In this document: positions 55,017 to 64,000 of the stretch, piece after piece
Layout: each line of letters starts with the position of its first letter
How positions within the stretch are numbered: position 1 is the first letter of the stretch
NCBI GenBank assembly: GCA_951406725.2
Contig: OX597814.1
Location: 191,084,001-191,148,000, forward strand
Source: Octopus vulgaris
Lineage: Eukaryota
DNA: 64,000 nucleotides
Direction of reading: 5' to 3'
Made by a program: the position numbers and the translations under genes
Notes under the pieces: generated by a model
What the model was told of the DNA's origin: nothing
What the model saw: only the letters and a program-made list of their open reading frames with translations
Database searches by the model: none

Positions 55017-58000
55017 TTTTCAAGCCTAACCAGGCTCATGGGCCCGGTTTCCTGGTTTCTGTGGCGTATGTGTTCCCCCCCAGCTGGACGGGACACCAGT
55101 CCATCGCAGCGTTACTCAAGAAACAGAAAGAAAGAGAGAAAGTTGTGGCGAAAGAGTACAACAGGGGTCACCACCACCCCCTGCCGGAGCCTCGTGGAGC
55201 TTTAGGTGTTTTTGTTCAATAAACACACACAACGCCCGGTCTGGGAATCGAAACCGCGATCCTCCAACCACGAGTTTGCTTCCCTAACCACTGGGCCATT
55301 GCCATGTTAAAAGTAGACTCCGTAAAGTGGTTGGTGTTAGGAAGGGCATCCAACTATAGAATCCAAGCCAAAACAGACTATTGGAACATGGTGTGGCTGC
55401 TGTCAAGCTGTCCAGTCCATGCCAGCATGGAAAAAGGATGTTAAATGATGATGACAAAAGGCGACCAAGATCACAACAATCTCCCTAAACAAGATGCCAG
55501 ACCATTGCAGGGTTCAAGACCAGCGATTTTGAGGGAAGGGGACAAGTCAATTACATTGACCCCAGCACTTGACTGGCACTTCATTGTATCAACCTCAAAG
55601 GGTTGAAAAGAAAAAGCTGACATAAGTGGAATTTGAACTTAGAATGTAAAGAACCAGAAGAAATGCTGCAAAGTGTCTTGTCCAGCATGCTAACGATTTT
55701 GCCAGCTTGCCACTTTTGGTTCATCGGTGAGCATATTTAGATTAATACAGTACAAAAAAAAACATTGCAGTATTTCTAATGTTTATTTATCCAAAGCAAG
55801 TGTGATAAATCAAAGACAAACTTTCAATATCTGTACACATGTACATGCAGTTGTTTTGACTTCAAACCATGGGCAAAGAAACTTCTTTTTTTTTAATGGG
55901 TACCTGCATCCTGTCGAATTGACACAGAAAAAGAATAAATGTTACGACTTATTCTTTTACTCCTAAACTGAAATGATGGTGCTTGAGGGATGGGGCGGGG
56001 TGAAGGTGGGGGAAAGGTCTTGTTAAAAAATCTATATTTGTGTTTTTATCACAAATGGAATAATTCAGCAATTACAATGCTAATTTCATCATCAATATTT
56101 AACATCCGCTTTCCATGCTAGCATGGGTTGGACGATTTGACTGAGGACTGGCGAACCAGATGGCTGCACCAGGCTCCAATCTGATCTGGTAGAGTTTCTA
56201 CAGCTGGATGCCCTTCCTAACGCCAACCACTCCGAGAGTGTAGTGGGTGCTTTTACGTGCCACCGTCTGGCGGTACTGGCAATTTTGCATCATAGGACAA
56301 AGGGCGGCCTCAGGCAGGTTGTTTTCAAAATGAATAAACTGGGTGATGTGTTAGACCAAAATGAAAAGAACCGTGATAGGCACAGGCATGGCTGTGTGGC
56401 AAGAAGTTTGCTTCTCAGCTGCATGACTTTCAGTTCTACTATAGCCCAAGGCCAACCAAATCCTTGCGAGTAGATTTAGCAGACGGAAAATGAGAGAAGC
56501 CTGTCATGTGTGCATGCACAGGTGTGTGTGTGTGTGTGTTATTGTCTCCTTGCCTTGACAATGCATCATCAAGTGTCATCATCATGCAAGCAATGCTGTT
56601 TGTGTCAAATCTTTTGTGAAAACATATCTGGTCATGTCAAAATATTACCTTATTTGAAAACAGGTGAGGACTGATGAGAGGAAGGGCATCCAACCATAGA
56701 AAATCTAGCTCATTTTAGCATGGAAAAATGGACATTATGAGGATGATGATGATTTGCTTCTGTGGCATGGGCATTGAAGTTGTTGTTTCAGTTAGAAAAA
56801 GAATGCAATTTAAATGAAAACACATATCTGAACGTGATCGATGCTAGGGCCGCCTAACTGGCTCCAGTGCTAGGGGCACGTAAAAAGTACATCTGAAAGT
56901 GAATGATGCCAGTATCCCCTGACTGGTTCCCGTGCTGGTGGCACATAAAAAGCACCATCTGAACATGAACAATGCCAGGGCCACCAGACTGACTCATGTG
57001 CTGGTGACATGTAAAAAGCACCCACTACACACTTGCAGTGGTTGGTGTTAGGAAGGGCATCCAGCTGTAGAAACATTGCCAGATCAGACTAGAGAATGGT
57101 GCAGCCTCCATGGCTTCCAGACCCTCGTCGAACTGTCCAACCCATGCTAGCATGGAAAACGGATGTTAAACGATGATGATGACATGTATGTTTGAACAAA
57201 GCTAAGATTCTGCAATGTAAGAAGTGGATAATTAGAGGAAAGGAGAGTATTTATTGACCTTCAACACACACACAAAACAAAACTTTAAAACATAGACGTT
57301 ATCTTTAGTTCTTAGCAGGATGAATCTATTCAAGATTGAGCTTTTCACGAAAGAAATCTCGCTTATGTAAACCTCTTACGACTTGGTACAAAGGAGAAGG
57401 AATTTCTTTAACATTTTCCTCTTTTATTACCATTCCTTTCAGTACTTGCCAATTCATCATCATCATCATTTAACATCCATTTTCCATGCTGGGATGGCTT
57501 GGATGATTGACAGAAGCTGGCCAGCTGATCCAGGCTCCAATTTGTCGACTTTAGCATGGTTTCTATGGATGGAGGCCCTTCTTAATGCCAATCATTTTAC
57601 AGAGTGAAGGGTGATGCTTTTTATGTGGCACCAGCACCAGTGCATTTTACATGGCACAGGTGCTTTTTATGTGACACTGAAATGGGTGCTTTTTATGTGA
57701 CCCATTACAGTGCTATTTCTGCATCGTTAATGTCTTTCGTCTAATTTTAGTGTAATAACCAATACTTGTTTAGAAATTTCATTTCTCTTCAGAAAATAAA
57801 TTTCTAACGACATGCTAAATCTTTACTTGCTTCATACATCAGACTGCTGCCATGCTGGGGCACCACCTTACTCTTTACTCTTTAACTTGTTTCAGTCATT
57901 TAACTGCAGCCATGCTGGAGCACCGCCTTTAGTCGAGTAACTCGACCCCAGGACTTATTCTTTGTAAGCCTAGTACTTATTCTATCAATCTCTTTTGCTG

Positions 58001-58560
58001 AACCTAAGTTACGGGGACATAAACACACCACCATTGGTTGTCAAGTGATGTTGGGGGATAAACACAGACACACAAACATATACACACACATACATATATA
58101 CGACGGGCTTCTTTCAGTTTCCGTCTACCAAATCCACTCACAAGGCTTTGGTCAGCCTGAGACTACAGTAGAAGACACTTGCCCAAGGTGCCCTGCAGTG
58201 GGAATGAACCCAGAACCATGTGGTTGGGAAGCAAGCTTCTTACTACACAGCCACTCCTGTGCCTTGAAGAGTTTAGTTGAACAAATCAACCCCAGTATTT
58301 ATTTTTAAATCTGGTACTAATTCTACCAGTCTCTTTTGCTGAACCTGTAACTAACAGGGACATAAACAAATCAACACAGGTTGTCAAGAGGTATTGGTTG
58401 GTCAGAGACTTGAGTAGAAGACACTTGTCCAAGGTGCTATGGGATGGAACTGCACCCAAAGCATGTAACTGGAAAGCTGGCTTCTTAGCAACATTCGCAT
58501 GCCTGTGTCTGTAATAGCAAGGCAATATTAAATATAACTATCAAAAATTTAGATACTCAC

Positions 58561-58649
58561 CTGTGAAATTTTTTGAAGAATTTTTGGGCTTGATCACCAG
58601 TCCTGAATCGTATCAAAGCTTTGCGCTGGCTTTTCAGCAGTTGTAATGA
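58561..58649 (-). CDS. RBM33: RBM33 penultimate coding exon (RRM)
   Basis: TTTTTTCAG acceptor and AG|GTGAGT donor; 89 nt encoding SLQLLKSQRKALIRFRTGDQAQKFFKKFH(R), versus human SLQMLPQQRKAIAKFKEPAHALAFQQKFHR. Phases fit both neighbouring exons. Confidence 0.92.
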
Positions 58650-59006
58650 CTGAAAAAAAAAATGCAAAAGACATCTCAGTTTGTCGCTTAGCTAATTTGT
58701 AAGCAACCCCATAAGCCCAAATTACTTGTATCTTACTCTATGCAAGTGTGAGGTGTATCCTGAAGCAAACATCCATTACCAAACACCTATCATGGATACA
58801 CATTTCCCAATGCTCCAATTTTATTAAAATTTCTATGTAATTTTCAAATATGGAACAAACACTGCTTAAGATGCTATAATTTTTTTTTTCTTCTGAGAGT
58901 ACATTTTTAATTGAATTTGAAGTCTTTAGTAATAAAATATTGGAGGTATGAAATTGTGAAAGTAAAAGCAAGCATAAACATGCATGTGTACCATATTCAA
59001 GGATTC

Positions 59007-61306
59007 AAAATTTTATTGGAAATAAAAAAAATAAAATAAAAAAAAACTGGAAGTTACTTCTGATAAATGTAAAAAGGCGAAGACACGTGGTTTAGTGGTT
59101 AGGGTGTCAGCATCATGCTCGTAAGATTGTGGTTTTGATTCCTGGATCAGGCGACGCGTTGTGTTCTTGAACAAAACACTTCATTTCATGTTGCTACAGT
59201 CCACGCACCTGGCAAAAATGAGTAACACTGTGATGGACTGGTGTCCCGTCCAGCTGGGGAACACATACGCCATTGAAACCGGGCCCATGAGCCTGGCTAG
59301 TTTTTAAAAGGGTGCATTTATTTATTAAATGTAAAAAGATATCAAAACAAACAAACAAACATGTCATTGGTTGAAAATAATCTATAAATGTTAATCCAAA
59401 GCTCATATTGTCTTTTGTTCATGAGGAAGGGACAGTGTTCATGGACTTCACAGATCCTCCAAGATCAGTAAGATAGACACATTTTGCTAAAACTGTTGTA
59501 AATTGATGACTGCAGGAAAGATATGCAAGATGGAAATTTCAGAGTTCTATTTCTGGGAAGGAAGGTTTGAGCGTAGCAATTAGATGCCTGTGTGTGCATT
59601 GGACAAGAATACAAGTAAAGGATGAAGTAAGTTAATGTAGAAAGCAGACGGATGCAAAAGATTTAGTTTTTGCATGGTGAAATCATTGAGAAGGATGAAG
59701 AAGGATAGATGCCCTCAATATAGGAAGAGATATGGTCATAAAGTTGATGGTAGTTTGAGGTATATGGAGAATGGTCAAGGAAACAGATATATTTAGAGAA
59801 GTGTGGGAGAGAGATAAGTAGTAGAGAGAATGACCCTTTTCTTGTGAAATTTGAGTAAAGAGTGTATTCTGAGGAGCAGAGATGGACAATAAATAGGGAT
59901 TGAGAGATTTTTGAGTCTCTGATAGAAGAAGGAGATTGGATTTGCATTTTGTAAGAGGTACTTTTGGGGTCAAAGTTGATTCAGAATCCATGAACAATTG
60001 AAGAGGGAAAAATCAACAAAGGGGACATAGATAATATAGGAAACAGAGTTATTGTTTTTATTTTAAAGTAGATGGCACAAACCCCAAATTGACAAATTAA
60101 AAGATTTGCACTGGCTTGTGAGGAACAAATGTGATGTGGTTTGTTAGATAAGGAAGGTAAAAGGAAACTAGAAGTTAGGAAAGAAACTGGTCATGAAAGA
60201 CAGTATCTGATGTACGTAAGGAAATGATACAGTGTTTTTAGATATGTAAACTTAGCAAAGAAACGCTAAGGATGATAATTAAGAAATAAATAGCCAGCCA
60301 AATAAATCAGAGATGAAGTAGTTAGAAATTGTATTTTGATTAAGTGTTCAGATGCAAATCAAAAAGGTGAAATGTATTGTAGACCTATTCAACCCACACT
60401 ACTATGGAAAACTGAATGGTAAATGATGACAAGATATAAAAATTGAAACATCCAACATAGAATAAGTAAAATATTTCAAAGATTATTTCACTTCGTTTAG
60501 TTTTAAATGACAAAGATACAAATAGCAGAGCTGTAGGAGATGGTGAGAAGTAGAGAGAGAATGAAATAGCATAAACCCTTTAACATTCAGATTACTCTGT
60601 CCAACGTAATGCTTATTCATTCACACTGTTTTAAATTAATCATGCATTATGTTGTAGCTTTGAGATTTTCAAATGATGAAATGATGACAGCTTATTTTTA
60701 GAAGGAATACACTCTTTACTCAAACTTCACAAGAAAAAAGGTCACGTCTGCGTATTCTCTCTGCTACTTATCTCTCTCCTACACTTCTCTAAATATATCT
60801 GTTTCCTTGACCATTCTCCATATTCCTCAAATTACCAACAACTTTACGACCATATCTCTTCCTATATTGAGGGCATCTATCCTTCTTCATCCTTCTCAGT
60901 GATTTCACTATGCAGAAACTAAATCTTTTGCATCCCTCTGCTTTCTACATTAACTTACTTCATCCTTTACTTGCATTCTTGTCCAATGCACACACAGGCA
61001 TCTAATTGCTACACGCAAACCTTCCTTCCCAGAAATAGAACTCTGAAATTTCCATCTTGCATATCTTTCCTGCAGTCATCAATTTACAACAGTTTTAGGA
61101 AAATGTGTCTATCTTACTGATCTTGGAGGATCTGTGAAGTCCATGAACACTGTCCCTTCCTCATGAACAAAAGATAATATGAGCTTTGGATTAACATTTA
61201 TAGATTATTTTCAACCACATGACATGTATTTTGTTTGTTTGTTTTGATATCTTTTTACAGAAGTAAACTTCCAATTTTGTTTGTTTTTTTTCTCCAATAA
61301 AATTTT
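59007..61306. repeat. Long inverted duplication (arm 1 59007-59869 including the SINE; arm 2 60705-61306)
   Basis: Arm 2 reads as the reverse complement of arm 1 over ~600 bp with scattered substitutions and small indels; spacer ~835 bp. Confidence 0.95.
59077..59325 (+). mobile_element. tRNA-derived SINE with 13-bp target-site duplication
   Basis: TAAATGTAAAAAG at 59064-59076 and 59326-59338 flanks a copy homologous to 19888-20152. Confidence 0.9.
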
Positions 61307-61406
61307 TATTGTAGGGTAGGTGTAAGAAGCTGCAGCATCTGGCTAGTTTGAATGTAAAACAGGTAGACTATTTAGGCCGGATATGGCCATTTTGAATACT
61401 ATAGGG
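60576..61406. mobile_element. Family-B piggyBac-type MITE split by the inverted-duplication arm
   Basis: 60576-60703 and 61308-61406 together match the reverse complement of the 51046-51270 copy; CCCT..AGGG termini. Confidence 0.75.
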
Positions 61407-61429
61407 ATAAATTGTAGATGAACAGTTAC

Positions 61430-61552
61430 CTCCACATGTCCACAAGACTTTGCCATTTGGTGCATAGTTCTCTCAGTTGTAGAAGAAGAAAGATTGTCAA
61501 CAGCAATCATGGTAGCTTTCTTAATCTTTTGATTACCATCTCCATCAGTACG
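61430..61552 (-). CDS. RBM33: RBM33 coding exon (start of C-terminal RRM)
   Basis: TTTTATTTAG acceptor and GAG|GTAACT donor; 123 nt encoding RTDGDGNQKIKKATMIAVDNLSSSTTERTMHQMAKSCGHVE, versus human VVSVEGLSSSTTDAQLKSLLMSVGPIQ. Upstream exons were not found before the window end. Confidence 0.9.
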
Positions 61553-62478
61553 CTAAATAAAAAAAATAACATTACATGTAGACATCATCTCATTTAATTT
61601 CAAATAGCTTTAAGAAAACAAAGAAACTACAGGGGGCAGGTGTTGCTGCTTTGCAATTTATACCTTTTATCTGTTATTTTCAACCAAGCTATCACAGCAG
61701 GTGTTGTCATTCTTTTATTATATCTAGGTCAACATTGTCCAATACACCTTTTGACTGTAGGGTGATTTGGCTTGCTAGAAATAACAGCCAAATCTTTCTC
61801 AAATCACATCCTTCTTAAATATGGAAACAACACATTAGTTTAATTCTATATATGCCACAAAGACGAAAGGTTCATGGCTTCTTTCTCAAGTCTTCCTTCC
61901 TTGAAATATCTGAAATACCTATGAAAATCTATCTACCCTTACTTCTCAAAAAGATGTGTCTGCACAGATGAAGCTCCTTGCTTTCACCTATTACCTTCTT
62001 ATTCTGTTGACTTTTAGTTCGATACTGGTGGTAAGAATTTGCTTCCCAAACACATAGTTTCAGGTTCAGCCCCACTATGTAGCCCGTGGGTGTCTTCTAC
62101 TATAGTCCTGGGTTGACCAAAGCCTTATGAGTGGATTTGGTAGATGGAAACTGAAAAGAAACCCATCATATGTATGTAAACTAGCAATTAAGCTAGTTAT
62201 AAAAGTGAAATGGATACCCATGGACAAAGGGGTGGTAGGTTGTGACTCCCTTTCGATGATCTCCCCACCACAATGGCAGCTCTCAGTGGGTGTTGGCAGG
62301 TGGCACATAAAAGCATCCATTACACTCTCGGAGTGGTTGGCATTAGGAAGGCCATCCAGCTGTAGAAAACCATGCCAAACCAGACTGGTGTCTGGTGTAG
62401 CCTTCCAGCTTGCCAACCCGGTCAAACCGTCCAACCCATGCCAGCATGGACAATGGACGTTAAATGATGGTATATATA

Positions 62479-62990
62479 TCTCTTATTATAAAAGGCAGAT
62501 TTTATCTGCCTCCCTTTGGGAGTTATAGAAATCTACAATATAGGATTTCTTCAATTACAATTTACCTAGCATTTTTAAGAGTACAATGCATCGGGTCATG
62601 CCAGGTCCAGTTTTTAAAATTTAAACTCCAATTAAGCAAAATTTACAGAAAACTCACATTCTGGTGTGTATGTCAAATGCTTTTCTTAGTCTGGTTTACA
62701 GCACACGCAAACGCACACACACAGTGTGCAACGAATAAAATGAAAGTAAATAGCGACAGAGTGATTTGAGGAAGACTAAACTGAAAGTATTTAAACCACT
62801 ACTCAAAAAATAAAGAAACACAGCAAACAGAAACAAATAAATACATAACGATTTACTCCTCACACAATTTCTTCAATTAGAGTGTACCCATGATTTTTCA
62901 GAGTACTTCAGTGGGTGGTGCCATAAAAAATTCCTTTCAATTTTACCACCAATTAAGACAAAATTCGAGAAAACTCAATATTTTAACATA
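62479..62990 (+). mobile_element. Helitron-like non-autonomous element (5' part; right boundary uncertain)
   Basis: A|TC start TCTCTTATTATAAAAGGCAGATTTTATCTGCC with a 5' hairpin. Confidence 0.45.
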
Positions 62991-63673
62991 TCACTCCGAA
63001 TGCATTGATGTACATGTGTGCGTGCGTGAGTGTGTGTGTGTCATTCCTCACACACATGCATACACATACATATACAACTACATACAAACACGTGTGTGTT
63101 TGTTATTAGTAAAAAAGGCGCCAAAACACAACTCACTTATCATTCCAACACATTTGCAAAGACACACGGACGGACAGAAAAGGTAAATTGGTTTTTATTT
63201 TACTCTGTATATATTTTATTATATAATATTATATATAGATATATGTATATATAATTGCAGTATGAAACAGTGTTTTATGTATAAACAGACGACACTTATA
63301 TATAGTTATTATAATAAGAGATTAATAAATGTATGCATCCGTTTAACCCTTTTGTTACCAAGCCGCCCGAATTTACCTATTCATATTTAAATGAGAATAT
63401 CAGAGCAAATCTCTTTAGTACATTCGTGAAAACACGTATTATACTTCGTAAACACTTCAACTACAGTTTTGTACAAAAATCGAAGTGTAATTTTAATTCC
63501 GTGAATTATGGGAGATTTTTTTCCGAAATTTGTTCCTATTGTGTTTTCAAAATTTGTAATTCTGACAAAAAATGGATACGAATTTCATTATATCAAGCAG
63601 CGAGTCAGAATTCGAAGGATTTTCTACTGAAGACCTTCATAAATCTAACTCTATGACTGAAAAAAAAAAAGCA

Positions 63674-64000
63674 TCTTTATATAAGAGTGAAGTTGTGTGT
63701 CTGTCTCCTACGATTTAGATTCCTAACTACTCCCACATTTTGCAGTGCAGTTTAACCAAAAGCGGGTATCTTATAGTCATGATTCATATCGAGCCCTTCT
63801 GGGTATTAGCGTGCGTCTACGATGAGTCTACGATTTAAAAAAAATTTACCATCATATTTTTCCATTTTAATGCATTTTTTTCGCTTTTATATAAGGGAAG
63901 TAACTCTCTAAAAATATCTACGATGTGTCAACGATTTAAAAAAAATTTACCTTAATTTTTTTTCAATTTTTAATGCATTTTTTTGCTATTTTTTGGCTAT
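63674..64000 (+). mobile_element. Helitron-like element with internal tandem repeat, running off the window
   Basis: A|TCTTTATATAAGAGTGAAGTTGTGTGTCTGTCT start, similar to the 22489-22835 element's 5' end. A ~103 bp unit (TCTACGATG..CGATTTAAAAAAAATTTACC..TTTTAATGCATTTTTT) is repeated at ~63816 and ~63917. Confidence 0.6.

Overview
AT-rich eukaryotic genomic DNA dense in (TA)n/(CA)n microsatellites, tRNA-derived SINEs and LINE remnants. The repeat landscape looks like an octopus/coleoid cephalopod genome; this is an inference and the species was not determined. Two genes can be read by hand, both on the minus strand. The first is the first coding exon of CCDC6 (14409-14648; the rest of the gene lies left of the window behind a >14 kb intron). 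The second is the last three coding exons of RBM33, encoding its C-terminal RRM (61430-61552, 58561-58649, 54464-54515); the ORF track missed these. The rest is mostly mobile DNA: a full-length dead mariner with TIRs, a decayed piggyBac transposase, TTAA MITEs, non-autonomous Helitrons, RTE/CR1 LINE fragments and SINEs. The most interesting signals are RNA-structural. (1) A ~600 bp inverted duplication inside an RBM33 intron, with one arm inserted into a MITE. (2) A 66-bp-arm hairpin in the probable very long, SINE-depleted RBM33 3' UTR. (3) Tandem arrays of compact H-type pseudoknot motifs in the 3' tail of an RTE LINE family. (4) A second pseudoknot-like motif that shows compensatory changes across different repeat families. 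Most ORF-track entries are microsatellite or repeat artefacts.
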